A stretch of DNA of 64,000 nucleotides from the human T2T-CHM13v2.0 reference genome, Homo sapiens: assembly GCF_009914755.1 (NCBI RefSeq), contig NC_060936.1; one strand, written 5' to 3'. Positions within the stretch are counted from its first letter, which is position 1, and every line of letters starts with the position of its first letter. A program made the position numbers and the translations under genes. Below are positions 1 to 16,769 of this stretch, one piece after another. A model generated the notes under the pieces. The model saw only the letters and a program-made list of their open reading frames with translations, was not told where the DNA came from and searched no databases.

Positions 1-261
1 GCCAGTGTGACTCCATCCACAAGAGCTGGATGCCACCACTCGCCTCCAGCCTTCAAAGAATGTGGCTGCTCTCCTAGGGTGGGAGATCATCAGCTAGAAT
101 GAACTAAAATGCCTTCAGCTGCAGCTAACAATGCTTAACCAACAGTAGCTCAAACTAGTGGTTCTCAAAGTTGAGTGAGTACCAGAAACACCTGTTGAAA
201 CAAACATTGCTGGACCTCACTCTTAGAGTTTCTGATTCAGTGTATGTGGAAACCCAGATAA

Positions 262-882
<621 letters not shown>

Positions 883-914
883 CATATAATTTATATTTCT
901 AATGAGTTCCTAGG

Positions 915-1237
915 TATTATGGGTTGAATTGTGTCTCTCAAAATTCATATATTGAAGTCCTAACCTCCAGCCCCTCCGAATGTGACTTCATTTGGTATAG
1001 AGTCATTGCAGATGTCATTAGTTAAGAAGAGATCAAAATGACTTTTAGAAGATGAAGGCAGAGATTGGTAATGTCACAGGTTAACAGCAAACTACCAGAA
1101 GTCCTAAGAAGGAACCAACTTTGCCAATACCTTCATCTTGGACCTCTGCCATCCAGAACTGTCAAACAATACATGTCCATTGTTTAAACCACCCAGTGAG
1201 TGGTACTCTGTGACGGCAGCCCTAAGAAACTAGTGCA
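915..1237 (+). mobile_element. MLT1-family (MaLR) solo LTR
   Basis: Start tattatgggttgaattgtgtc, end gcagccctaagaaactagtgca; 5-bp TSD ctagg/ccagg. Confidence 0.85.
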
Positions 1238-1279
1238 CCAGGTGCTGCTGTTGTTGCCAGTCCGGTGACCCAACATTAA

Positions 1280-3272
<1,993 letters not shown>

Positions 3273-3282
3273 CAAACCACTG

Positions 3283-3680
3283 ACTTATAAATATAAGGAC
3301 ATTAATTGCTTACTGAACAAGGAGGCTGGGCATGAGTTCAGCAGCTCCATGCTGTCATGAACTCAGGATCTTCCCATCATGCTCCACTGCCTTCCTCTGT
3401 ACTTACCCAGGATGCCCCAGGGCTCACAAGATGGCCACTACCACCACCAAGATAAACTCACCAACTGTGAGTGTTCCATGCAGGAAGGAAGGGGGCAAAG
3501 ATGGAAAATAAAGGGCTGTGTGCTTGTATGTCTCTGCCTTTTCAAGGAGGAAAATCTTGCCTACAAGCCTGGCAGCAGACTTCCTATTACATTACATTGG
3601 CTAGAACTTGTTCTGTGAGCATATTTATACCATCTCTAGCAGAAGGGAAAGGGAGGTTATGCCATCGTAAGTTATGTCTT
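3283..3680 (-). mobile_element. Old MLT1 (K/L-like) LTR remnant; its other part is at ~95-155
   Basis: Degenerate MaLR motifs (cagctgca..aaca, acaagatggcc, cattggctagaact). Confidence 0.5.
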
Positions 3681-4122
3681 TTCTTAATTGTTTGATCTTA
3701 TTTATTTGTTTCCCTTAGAAAATCTTATTTCTGACTAGACTTGGAGTAGAAACTCTCAGAGAGGACAGCCCCCATCTCTTGGCAATCTGTTTCTGATATT
3801 TTTCTTTGACCCTGTTTTATTCTTTTGGTCAGAAGCTTAGTGTACTCTGATCTCTTTGTGCTTTTCTTAGTACATTGTCTCTTCAGAGCAATACATTGAC
3901 ATTGTGTTCTAGGAAAAGTGGAGTAATAAAATGGTGAATCTTGGGAGCTTTGGTCCTTGGTTTATTATCTTCTATGTTCAGGGGCTTTCTGAAAATGTAC
4001 TGGTGGAAATAATCTTCTTTGGGGTGACTGAAAGTTTGCAGATTCTGTTAGCTCTTTTAGTCCTCAAGTGACAAGGCACAGTAATATCAGTCAGTCCAAA
4101 AAAAATTCCTTCTTAAAACCCC

Positions 4123-4550
4123 TACTATGGTTTGAGTGTTTGTCTTCTTCAAACCTCATGTTGATATTTGAACCCCAGTGTTGGAGTTGGGGCCTAATGG
4201 GGGGTGTTTGGGTCATGGGGGTAGATTCATCATGAATAGATTAATGTTCAGGGTGGGGTGGGAATGAGTGCTTGCTCTGTTAGTTACCATGAGAGCTGGT
4301 TGTTTAAAAGAGCCTGGCACCTCCTCCATACCTCATTCTCTCATGCTTCCTCTCTTGCCATGTGATCTCTGCACACACCGGCTCCTCTTCACCTTCCACA
4401 TGCGTGGAAGCAGCCTGAGGTCCTCACCAGATTCAGATGCCCAATCCTGAACTTTCCAGTCATCAGAATTGTAAGCCAAATAAACTTTATCTTTATAAAC
4501 TACCCAGTCTCAGGTATTGTGTTACAGCAACACAAAATGTACTAAGAACA
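4123..4550 (+). mobile_element. MST-family (MSTB-like) solo LTR
   Basis: tactatggtttga...; aataaa signal; end tcaggtatt...gcaacacaaaatgtactaagaaca. Confidence 0.9.
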
Positions 4551-4555
4551 CCCAC

Positions 4556-4790
4556 TTTTAAAATTCAGGTTAAATTCTCATAACATAAATTAACTATTTT
4601 AAAGTGAAAAATATGGTGGTATTTAGTACATTCACGATTTTGTGTGATCACCATTTCTACCTAGTCCCAAAGCATTTTTGTCATTCCAGAAGAAAATCTC
4701 ATACCCTAAGTAGTTACCCATCCCTCCTGTCTCCCCAAAGCCTCTGGAAGCCACCAATCTGCTTTCTGCCTCTGGATTTCCTATTTTGCA
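4556..4790 (-). mobile_element. L1M (L1MB-like) 3'-end fragment
   Basis: cataaattaactattttaaagtg...gtggtatttagtacattcac motif. Confidence 0.75.
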
Positions 4791-6152
4791 TTTCTCTCCA
4801 CTTCATTTTTTTCCCAGTATTCAAGTTGAGAACACTCAGATTTGGATCTATGCACGCCAATGTAAGCCTGAGCAGACTTCCTCTTTTATTCCCCCCAGTT
4901 CTCCTGGGTCTGCTGTAATAGGAGTGCCCCTCATTCAGTAGCAGGTGGGCAAGGTCAAGATACCCTGCTTTATGGGGAAGATATATTGGTTGTTATCATA
5001 GACTCAGACACTAGGACCTTTTCACATTTCACCCAGAGTGTCAACAACAACTTCTGTGGCCATATGCTTCTCATAAGCGTATGGTCCAAAGCAGAGGTAC
5101 AAAGTTGTCATTCATCCACTTCAATGAGTTTCTGACAGCCAGTGGCAAGGAAGGAGCTGCCCATCTTTACCTTGAAGCATCTATTTGCCTCCACAACACC
5201 ATGAAAAAAAAAATGTAAGTTATTTCTTGTGCATCTTTTGAGGCTGGGTACATGCTGCCCAGACAACGCTAGGGTCCACTCAGCCACAAAGCAGAGTGCT
5301 GTCTCTTGAATACAGGATATTGCCACCTCCCTGAGGCTCAGTTTTATCAGCTTTTGAAATAATGGCCAGAAAGAAAAATTAGTTCAATTATGGAGATATG
5401 GGGGAGCAAATTCTGAGTTTGTAGAATGAGATCTGTGCATGTTAGACTTATTATCCAGGAAAAAGAAATTGCCTAGTGTTTGACAGTGTTTTCAGTAGAG
5501 ATACTATCTGGAGCTATTTCATTCAATACTTTATATCTTAGGAACTTCCAGAAAATTTGTGAAGAAGAACCTTTCTTTTTTTCAGCAGGATGAAGCAATG
5601 ATTCAGCTGCCAGCTTTCAGCACACCCTACACAAGGCCATCTGGAGACCCAGAGGCCCTCTCTCCTAAGCAGTATTTTTATCTTTACTCTCTGTAGCTGA
5701 CTGTAGTGGGGAGGGGGTCAAAGGGAGGGCACAATTGGATTTGACAGCATCCCCTACAGTAAGGGAAAGGCAGGCAGCAGGCGCATGAGCCGCAGATGAT
5801 GGAGCAGCAGAATGAGTGATTCTGATAGTGCTCCCAGCAGTCTGTGAGCCTCCTTCGAGAATGGTCATATGGGATTGTACCCTTGAGGGACCATTTCACA
5901 TCCAGCCTCCTCGAGGGCATGTCTGGCTGCTTCATAGGGTATGTTGCACCATCTATTGCAAAACAACATGAGAGCTTTTGCTTTTCTCTTTCTGTTTGGA
6001 GGTGTCATTTGAAGGGAGGAAATGTCTACTTATAGCTCTCTCTGATATCCTTATGAATAACCACAATTTGAAAGAATTTGCTCAGTCAAAGGATATTTCT
6101 CCCATTCTCCTGTCTGGGGCTATCCGTGTTGGAGTCAGGTGCTAACTCCAAC

Positions 6153-7305
6153 TCAAAGGTCACAACTAGTGGCTTCTGGCTATATCAGTCTAGCAATTGT
6201 GTTTTATTTTGTCTCTACAAGGCTTTAAACATAAGATGAATTAGGTGCTCTTTTAGTTGTAGTTCTCAACTGCAAACAACAGAATCCACTCTAGCTGGGT
6301 TAGACAGAAAATGAATGTAGAAAAAAATGGTAGGTAGCTCACAAAATCTTCATGAGAAACAGAGCCAGGGTTAGGACCCACCATGCCCAGAGTAATAGCC
6401 AAATCCCTCTGTGGGGACATCTCCAGGAAAGGGCCTGCTGCCACGGCCCCTGAATGAGACCTTGCAGCTGTCACTACCAACACTAAATACTGGGACCACA
6501 TCTCTGCTGCCCTCCAAAATCATCCCCTCTTGCCAAGGAATACATCTTTTTATTCTCTTCTGAATCAGTATATCACATGGCCAGATCTGATTGGTTGAGA
6601 CCTGGTCACATGACTTCTTGCTAGCAGCAAAGGAGTCTGGGAAAGTGAGTTTCTAGCTTCTGTCTTGTGAAGATGACAATGGGGACCATTCTCCTGATAT
6701 GATGGTGGATATACAAAAAGCAAGAACAGCCAGGCACGTTGGCTCACACCTGTAATCCCAGCACTTTGGGAGGCTGAGGTGGGCAGAAAACTTGAGATGA
6801 AGAGTTCAAGACCAGCCTGGCCAACATGGTGAAACCCCATCTCTACCAAAAATACAAAAATTATCCAGGCGTCGTGGTGTAGTCTCAGCTACTTGGGAGG
6901 CTGAGGCAGGACAATCGCTTGAATCTGGGAGACAGAGGTTGCAGTGAGCTCAGATCGCGCCACTGCACTCCAGCATGGGCGACAAGAGCGAAACTCCATC
7001 TCAAAACAAAAAACAAACAAGCAAACAGTAAAAACAAAAAGCAAGAACAATGTCTACCCTAGTTGCTAACACTGTTCTAAAAACCCAAGAGATGTCACAA
7101 AGAAAGTCAGGCATTCAGCTCTTCTTGAAAACTGAGGTCTGGCAGGTCAGCAGTTCTGCACGGCGATGAGTGCGAGGAGCAGAGCCACGGTCAACCTCAT
7201 CAGACAGGGCACATGCATCCAGTTCACTGGACTACTCTCAGTCCACTTCACTCACATAGTACCCACCTGACTGACCTCTGTGGGCCTGTCCAGTGAGCCC
7301 AGATT
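6153..7305. mobile_element. MER102 DNA transposon interrupted by an old MLT1-type LTR (~6250-7058) that itself carries an Alu
   Basis: MER102-like left part (tgtgttttattt) and right part (cttcttgaaaa...gggcacatgc...cttcactca); MaLR-like ctgcaaacaacagaatccactctagc. Confidence 0.6.
6729..7035 (+). mobile_element. AluS-type SINE
   Basis: Alu dimer; TSD aaaaagcaagaaca at 6715-6728 and 7036-7049. Confidence 0.95.
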
Positions 7306-7710
7306 CTGGCTACTGCCTACCTACTGGCATTTCTTCATTTCCCCTCAAGTCATACATGGCTTGCTACAAGGCGATGGCTTAGTAAACAGTTGGTTCCACT
7401 GCTAAAAGCATAGCTGCTTCCAAATCTGCAGCTTTGGCTGAAATAGCATCCAAAGATATACTTCCAGCAAAGGGACTTTGGCTCCTCACACATATGGGAG
7501 ACTCGGTGGCATGCCGAGATACTTTGTGTCCCCTGCAGTCACCTGCAGACAGGTGAGTCATTGCCAGGTAGCTTATTCTCAATGTCTGTGAAACACTAGA
7601 CATTTGGTGACAGTGGAGGGAATATTTCCAGGAACTGGTGTTGGAGGCTCAACCTGAACAGCCTATGTTCCTGCTCTTGCCTTCCCTGTGATTTAAATGG
7701 CATTAGCCAT

Positions 7711-7995
<285 letters not shown>

Positions 7996-8334
7996 CAATG
8001 ATACTATGCAGGGCTCACCCTGGCTCAGCTTTGCAATCTTAGGCAGTTCTGAGGAGTCATGCCTCCTGGGCCTCAGTCTTTTCTTCTGTGAAAAAGGAAT
8101 CTGGCTTCAAGATCCTGAAACCTCAGTCCCCTCCCTGTCTGTTTAGCCTCGTCATCACTTGCTCCCTCCCCTCCAGAAGTAAGAACTGCTGTTGGTTTCT
8201 GATTGATTTCTCCTTCATATGGCTTCTGTTCTTGCCAAAAATGTTAAACTAGAGTTGAATGAGACAGATCCAGTGTGTGGGTTATTCTCCAGGGCATATG
8301 CACATGCAGTTTGCAGATGCTGGTAAACCTGGGG

Positions 8335-8463
8335 CCATGGCCCTCGCCCTGACTATTCATTAGAACCATCTGGAGAGAGAGAGTGAAATCCCAGTAATAT
8401 CCAGGTGGACCCTGAGATACTGATTTAATTGGATTAGGGTGAGGTTCAGGCATTGGTATTTTT
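8335..8463 (+). mobile_element. MER5B-like partial copy (left arm of an inverted pair)
   Basis: cattagaaccatctgg...gatactgatttaattgg...ggcattggtattttt. Confidence 0.7.
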
Positions 8464-8549
8464 GTTCACTTTTAGGTATAAAACTGTTAAAAAATTAAAA
8501 GAATTTTAATTTGGTCTGGCCTGGACTTTTTGTAATGTCAGTGTTTTAA

Positions 8550-9510
8550 AAAAAAAAAAAAGGTGAGGGACAGAAACAAAAGAACGGTGACAAATGCAAT
8601 TCACGATCCTGGATGCAAACATTAGGGGAAAATCATGCTACAAAGGGTATTTTTTGAACACTTTGAGATTTTAAAAATTAAGGTGAAATTCACATGACAT
8701 AAAATTCACCATTTTAAAGTGACCGCTTCAGTGGCACTTACTGTATTCACGATGTTGTGCAACTACTATCTCTACTAATAGTTTCAGAACATTTTCATCA
8801 CCCCAAAAAGAAACTCCATTCCTATTAAACAATGACTTCCCACCTGTTTCTACCCCCAGTTCCTGGCAATTGGAGAAATTTGACTATAAACTATATATTA
8901 AGTGATATTTTTGAATGAATAAAAACTGCCTTGCGTATGATTAGGTCATTGCCGTCATAGGAGAAGTTTCTTGTTCTCAGGAGATGCATGTGGAGTGTTT
9001 AGGAGTGAAATGTCATGGTGTCTAAATGTTACTTTCAAATGGCTCATTAAAAAAATGGATATATATTGTATGTGTGTGTATACGTATACATATATATATA
9101 TTGAGAGAGAGAGAGAGAGAGACAGAGAAGCAAAAGCAAAACATTTACTCATATGTTCTCACAAGTGGGAGCTAAACTAGAGGATGCAAAGGCATAAAAA
9201 TGATAAAATGGACATTGGGGACTTGGAGGGGGAAGGCTGGGAGGTAGGTGAGGGACAAAAGACTACATATTGGGTACAGTGTACACTGCTCAGGTCACAG
9301 GTGCAATGAAATCTCAGAAATCACCACTAAAGAACTTAACCATGAAACCAAAAACCACCAGTACCCCAAAAGCTACAGAAATAAAAATTAATAAAAATGT
9401 TTAAAAGCATACATTTAAACATTTTTAAAGTTTTTAAATTTAGCTGGAGGCATTTATGATACTATTCTTCTAATTTTTCTATAGTTTTATAATATGTTTT
9501 GAAAAATTAA
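8550..9510. mobile_element. Nested old L1 3' fragments: L1ME-like (+), L1MB-like (-, ~8670-8870) and L1PB-like (+, ~9147-9402)
   Basis: Known L1 3'UTR motifs; the L1PB-like piece is flanked by aaaagca(a/t)acattta. Confidence 0.7.
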
Positions 9511-9639
9511 GAACAGCAATGCCTGAACCTTGCCCTAATCCAGTGAAATCAGAATCTCTGGGACCCACCTGGATATTATTTGTATTTTAAAGTCTCTCTC
9601 TGGATGGCTCTGATGAACGGACAAGGCTAAAATCCACAG
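9511..9639 (-). mobile_element. MER5B-like partial copy (right arm of an inverted pair)
   Basis: Reverse complement aligns to 8335-8463. Confidence 0.7.
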
Positions 9640-9644
9640 CCTGA

Positions 9645-9840
9645 GACCAGCCTCCATCTGCAGCCTCGTTTTTCATCCCGCTTCCCCACACTGCTAGTCC
9701 TAAAGGCTCGCTGTCTCCTGCTGCAACACACAGAGCTCATTCCTACCTGGGGGCCTTTGTATTGCTGTTCCAGCTGCCCGGAATGCTCCGTCCTCTGTCT
9801 TCACAAAGTGGGCTTCTTCCTGCCATTCAGGATTGCCTCC
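9645..9840. mobile_element. L2 fragment
   Basis: gggcctttgtattgctgttcc...ggaatgctc L2 motif. Confidence 0.6.
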
Positions 9841-9891
9841 TGCTGGTTCTCATCCCTGTTCCCCTTTCTTCAAGCCAGGTATGAACTCACC

Positions 9892-10180
9892 TTTTTTTGT
9901 AAAGCTGGAATCTCACTGTTTCACCCAGGCTGCAGTGCTGTGGTACCAGTCATAGCTCACTGTAGCCTCAAACTCCTGGACTCAAGTGATTCTCCTGCCT
10001 CAGCCTTGTAAGTACCTGAAACTACAGGCACACACCACCACGCGCAGCTAATTAAATTTTTTGTAGGATAGGCCTTTGCTGTGTTGCCCAGACTGGTCTT
10101 GAACTCCTGTGCTCAAGCGATCCTCCCGCCTCAGCCTCCCAAAGTGCTGGGATTGCAGGAGGGAGCCACCGCGCCCAGCC
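9892..10180 (-). mobile_element. AluJ-type SINE
   Basis: tagctcactgtagcctcaaactcctgg and ctcaagcgatcctccc diagnostics. Confidence 0.93.
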
Positions 10181-10559
10181 CGATCTCTCCTTCTTCAAGT
10201 TCTTTGTAGCGTTCTCTTTGGACCAACCTTTTGTCATTTGTCATCTTTGCACCGTGGATTTGTGAGTGTGGAAATACCCCTCTGTGCTTCATTTCCAGCC
10301 ATAGCTGTGCCTTTTTATTCCCCACAGCATCTCAAGGTGCTTCTCCCCAGGTGGAAGGCTCCGGATGGAGCAAGGGTCTGCGTCCAGAGGGGTGCTGTGA
10401 CCACATGGGGAACTTTTTGTAAAGATGCCCTTGATGTTTGCAGGCAGGGAGGGAGCAGACTGGTAGTGAATTAAGCGCATTTTCAGATTCTCTTCTCATT
10501 GGCCTGTTGATGACAGTCACACGGGGAAATACTTGGGAAGGGATGTGTGTAGCAAATGT

Positions 10560-12200
10560 GGGCAGAACCTTAAACTCTGGTTTTCAAGTCGGGCCACATT
10601 CAGGCAACTGACTCCTAGAAGAAAACAAACTCCAGTCTTCTTTGGCTAAAGATAGTGGCAATAAATATCTTCCCTGTTTGTTCTGAGCAAAGACTCAGCA
10701 AGTCTTGCGTGGCCCCACGTCCTTGGCGCGGGTGGTATTTGATGAGGTTTCTCTCTCTGTTCCCTCTCTGATTGCACTCGAATGCTGTTTCTGCAATTAA
10801 CTCTGTGAGGAACGACCATTAGGAAGTGGTCTTAAGTCAAGACCAAAGAACTCATTAAGAAATTATATTTTTCAATCTGACGGAGATAGGCGAGACTAAA
10901 AGGAAGGTGTTTGAACCTTGTACGGAGGTTTAAAGGCAAATATATCGGGCTTTCCCGCCGTTGGGGTTAATTGAAGCCACTAAGAGCATTACTCAAAAAA
11001 ATAAAAAACAATTAAGAGTTAACCTGTATCTGGAAAAGCCTCATACAAAATTCTGAAATTAATTCTTGAACTGTTTCCAAAAAAGCAGAGAACAGGCCTG
11101 TTGCTATGGAAATTGTCGACTTTTTTTCTTTTGCATAGAAAAAGTTAAAATGTTACATAAAAAAAAAAAACTACAACTTTTTTCCCTCCAGATTGCTATC
11201 ATTTGGCCATCTAATTTAAACAGTTCAGCGGCGTGCACATTTGAACTGAATTGAACAAAGCAACATTAAAAGAGAGGGTGCTATTTAGAAGATTCGAGTG
11301 GCCTCTTTTCCTCTCATTGCCTCTCCTGTGGTTGTGTACTCTTAGCTTGCTGCTGCTCTTGTTGTCTTTTTGCGAGGCACTTTCAAAGCCCTCAGTAAAC
11401 ATTAGGCAGAGCCAGCCCCGTGTGTGATGGGTCAGGGGTTGTCACTATTGGAGGTGCTATATCTTGGTCCTGGGGTGTCCATGTGTCCAGCCAAGAGCCC
11501 AGGAGCCCTGGGAAGCTGCCTGTCCACGGTGGGAGACAAGCTTCTTCCTCTTCAGCTCCGCGGACCATCCCCAGTCTCTCTGCTGAGCACCCAGGCGGCT
11601 GCCGCTGGAGACACTTCCCAGGCTTGTTCATGAAGGGCTCACTCTGAGTGCCTGGTGTTTACAAACCTCCAGGGAGCATCTCTTTCAGTGCCCTGGCACT
11701 TGCTGAAAAGTCTGCGGGGAATAAGAGTAACTGTCCATAATAGAGTAAATGGTGATTTAAAAGCCCCCCACCCCTCACCCCTGGGGACTTCACGCTGCTT
11801 CTAGAATGCTCTATCTTCAGACAGGCAGCCAAGCCCCTGTTTGTAGAACATGAAAGCAGAGGCCACAAAGCACCAGAGAACCACAATAATTGAGTCATAA
11901 TGAACGTGAGATACTTAATCTCTGTCATCTACAAAGCCTCTGACAACTTCATCATGCGGCATTTTCCTTTATGTCCTTTTCCCCACTCATGCTATGAAAA
12001 AAGAAAAGCAACGGGGGATGGTGTGAGACTTGTCAGTATTTGGACATGTATCTTCAGCCGAAATTATTTGCCTTCTCAGATTCAGTAAGGAGGCCCCATT
12101 TTCAATCAGCGTGAATGCCGGATTCTCCCCATGACCAGGGTGAAATCAGCGGCAATTTCACAGCAGTCAAACTCACAGGGCAGTGACAGTGGGGAAGAGC
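10560..12200. promoter_or_regulatory. Candidate enhancer or conserved non-coding block
   Basis: No recognisable repeat; many TAAT/ATTA cores, SOX-like aacaaag/acaat, retained CpGs; function inferred only. Confidence 0.35.
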
Positions 12201-12924
12201 TACCTCCTTCTGAGGTCGTCATTATATGCTGAGCTCAAGTCTCAGATCTAAGAAGTTCTAGATGCTGGGCCATGAGGGATGCAGACAGGTGCACCAGCCT
12301 TTTGGTGGCATGAGCCACAGACAACTGCTAGGGCTCAGACAGAATGTAGGATGTCCCTGAGCCCACAAATGCCAAGCGTCTTCCGTAAGAAAGTCTAACT
12401 CCTGACTCTGGAGGCCACACATTTGCAAATGCCAAACTTTCCTGATCATGAGTTGTCCATTCTCCCTTTTTCTCAAAGGCATTTAAATTTCTCCATCTCA
12501 GTTCTTTAATCAACTATTTAGCAAACACCTATTGACTGGAGTCAATAGTAACCTTAAAAGAAAACAGCATGGGTTTGCACTTTAAGTAGATTAGCTTTGC
12601 AGACCTCTAAATTCTGAGGCTGTCTTTGTCCTTGATTGCTTTTGCATCTCCCATTATATCAGGCATGGGACCCCATGCTTCAGAAGGGCTGGGGTAATTC
12701 AGCCACTCCAACCTGCATTCAGTCATTACTGAAGCAGCGATATATTATGAAATGACCTGATAATGCCATCATACTTTGCCTCTGGGGACTGATTGCTCTG
12801 CTGTTTTCTAAGAAGTGGTTTCATTGCTGCATAGACAGATACAAAATGCATAAATGAATACAGAGCCTGTGGGATGCAAAAGTCCAAGGAACTAGGCCTA
12901 GAGTAAGGTAGGAGAAATGTCTCC

Positions 12925-13300
12925 AAATCCAGTTTTGAGGTCTCTCTTGTTGCAAGCAACAGCAATTGGTACACGTGTGCTAAGGAAAAGGGAACTTTTG
13001 GGAAGCATACTGGGCAGTGCATGGAAGGAGTGGAATCAGCTCTCAGGGCCGTGGAAACAGCTCTCAGGGCAGTGCTGGAAAGCTGGGGCTCAAAAATGGC
13101 CACTTGCTTGTAGCTGTTGTGACCAGTGATCGCCCCTGTCCCTCCTGCGCCTGTGTCCACTTACTTAATCATCATGCTCCCAGGGAAGAAGCATGATTGG
13201 CTGAGTTTGGCCACACACCATCCTTTGGCTGTCCTGTGGCAGGGAGAGAAAGAATACGGCTCTTTCCACCTCCGGTCCCTTAAAATTACTGTCTTATCAA
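12925..13300. mobile_element. Old MLT1-type LTR remnant with a 21-bp tandem duplication (13030-13071)
   Basis: gttgcaagcaacag start motif; tgattggctgag motif; gtggaa(t/a)cagctctcagggc x2. Confidence 0.5.
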
Positions 13301-13444
13301 GACGTTATACAACAGGCAAGAGGTAATTCCCTGAAAATAATTTGGTGCCATCAGGGAAGGAAATGGATGCTGAGGTTCTAAAACAAATGTTTATGAAAGA
13401 AAAGGCTATACCTGTTGCCTTGATTAGTATATAAGGAAGGCATA

Positions 13445-13640
13445 CAGAGGTTTTCTGGTCAATATTTAACAACCTGCTCTTCAGGGAGGGGAAAATAGAA
13501 ACCCTTATGCATAGCATTTGCCCATTTCTCAGGTGTAAATACTCCCACTATGATTAATTTCAAATTGCCAACTGGCTCACTGAATTTCTCATTTAACGTT
13601 TGGCCTTCATAAGCGAGTAAGAGTCAGAGTCACCACACTC
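13445..13640. mobile_element. MER63 DNA transposon
   Basis: tatttaacaacc...ggtgtaaatactcccac...atttcaa. Confidence 0.75.
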
Positions 13641-13666
13641 CTAGACGTATGATATTATTTCAAGTG

Positions 13667-13958
<292 letters not shown>

Positions 13959-14199
13959 TCAAGTGCTTTTTAGAAAAGCATAGTAATATAATTCCTAAAA
14001 CGATCCCACCGCATTCTCCCATTTCTGAAACAAATAACCTGCTGAATGTTAGATGTGGTAAAAGTAAGACAATTTTTTTTGTTGTTGTTGTCACTGGTGA
14101 AAATTGGTGGGAGGCATTGAAGGTTACATCACTGTTTCAAAATCACATAACTAGTAGTTGGTGGAGCTGGGATTTGAACCCTAATGATATAGCTACTGA

Positions 14200-14710
14200 A
14201 CTGTTATGCAGCTTTTTGCCTAACAAACCACTCCGAAAACCACATGACTTAGAGCAACAACTATTTCTTTACCTTGCAATTCCGTGTCTGTCATTTGTGC
14301 TGTGCTCCGCTGGGCAGGTCTTCTGCTCTTGGCCGGGCTCACTCATTTGTCTGAGGTCAACTGCCAGTCAGCTAGGCAGCTCTGCTTATAGGGGTCGACT
14401 GGCTATCATCTGGGATGATGGGGGCCTCAGGGCCATCTGTGTGTCCTACTCTAGCGGGCCAGCCTGGGCTTGTTTGCATGGAAGTCCCAGGGCTCCAAGA
14501 GAAAGAGTCGAGCCAATGCCCGGGATTGGAACTGGTATAACACTGCTTTTGCCACCTTCTTTCGGCCACAACAAATCACAAGTCCATCCCATGTTTATGG
14601 AATGGGGAAACAGATCCCACTTCTTAATAGGAGGAGCTTCAGAGTCAAACTGCTAAGGGACTTTTGGATACAGGGAAGGCAAAATACGCCCTCTTTTATA
14701 ATCTACCATA
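14200..14710 (-). mobile_element. MLT1 (F/G/H-like) LTR
   Basis: taacaaaccactcc...ctgggcaggtcttctgct...ggggaaacagatcccacttctt...atctacca. Confidence 0.75.
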
Positions 14711-14789
14711 AGGGATAACCTGAACATGCAATTATACTCTTCGTTTCTTATTTATTAACCAATTCGTATTAACTTTGCTTAGCACATGG

Positions 14790-15352
<563 letters not shown>

Positions 15353-16083
15353 TACTATAGTATTTCAGTGCCTAAGTCTTTGACTTCATTAAGTTAATTG
15401 TGTTAACCTACTCCACTGCTAGAAACAAGTAGACCAGATAACTTCTTATTAGTTCATGCTTTGGGTCTGTTTACAGTTTATTAGGATGACTTCTCCATTT
15501 GGACTGAAGCCAAGATGAAACCTCATCCTTGTCTGATGTTATCATAATTCCATTATGAAGGATGTCATGACAGTTTTCCAATGTGCAAGGCGTGAAGATG
15601 CAATCTTACTGGGCTTGGCTATGACTCTGTTACAGTGTCACCCATCAGAGTACAAACTAATCATGCTGTAAAGAATCCCATTGTCTCAAAAATAGCAGTG
15701 GTTTTTTTTGACAGGTGTCTCCTTAGCTATGCAGTGATTAAAGTAAATAAAGCTGCTGCTTCCCAGGAAGGTGACTAGACGTTTCCATGTCGAAACTCTT
15801 TGCCAGGGAAGGAAGTGCATTTGACACACAGAAGCAGAAACAAGGCAACTTACTAGGAAGTGGAATCAAGTTTAACATGCAATAGATGCTAGAATTTTCT
15901 AGGGAAATGTCCACAAGACCTATGAAGATTTGACGATCCCAGCCTGCCTAGAGAGGGATGTAGGGCCCTGAGTTTCACAAGTGAGTTACTAAAAGTAGCT
16001 CAGTGGTGTGAAAGGAAGGCACTGTGCTTTCTGGAGCAGAGCTAGCCAGTCAAACATTGTGTAGTGGTGGTAATAGTCTATAT

Positions 16084-16242
16084 CAGTGCTGCCTGGTATA
16101 AGCAGTCACTTGCTGCAGGTAGTTATTGAGCATTTGACATGGCTCATTTGACGGAGGAACTAAACTTTTAATTTTATTTAATTTTAATTAATTTAAATTT
16201 AAGAGTCACTTGTGGCTACTGGCTATCATATTGGATAGCAGG
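16084..16242. mobile_element. MER3/MER33-type DNA transposon fragment
   Basis: gaggaactaaacttttaattttatttaattttaattaatttaaattt...tgtggctactggcta. Confidence 0.75.
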
Positions 16243-16769
16243 GAACATTAAGAAGCCCTACCTTGAACTCCTGACTTCTGGGTGTTCAAGGTCAAAAATA
16301 AATGATAGAATAAGACCAACTCATTTTATAGTTGGAGTTGCACCAAAGAGAGAGCCTTTGAGATCAGGGACCCTATGTTTCTCACTGTTTTATTTCCAAT
16401 TCCCTCAGCAGATGAGGGTCACCCATCAATGACAGTTGAATGATTAAAGACCAATAAAATGCCCTAGGCTATGGTAAATAATTCCAAAAACATGGTAGGC
16501 ATGCCACTGGTAAGATACCAAATTTTAGTTACACTTCTTTTATTTACTAATTATGATTTGTATTCATATGCATAAGAAAAAATATAATTCACTTATCAAA
16601 TTTATTGATGGCACAGAAGGAAGTGAGGCTGCATGTTTTAAAAGTGAGTTTGGTTGAATTCGGTTTACAGAAAAATATATAAATAATGAGATAGTTGGTT
16701 CTCAAATATAGCAAATACTGCAAAATGAATAAGGCAATTACGGAAATTCAAGGAATTCTGCTGTGGATG

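Noticed and set aside
5570-5765. Plus-strand NAGNAG acceptor (tttttttcagcag) with a downstream CA|GTAAGG; also isolated donors at 7553 and 38046 and a plus-strand acceptor at 55688
   Set aside because: Isolated splice-like motifs with no coherent multi-exon chain or ORF; common by chance
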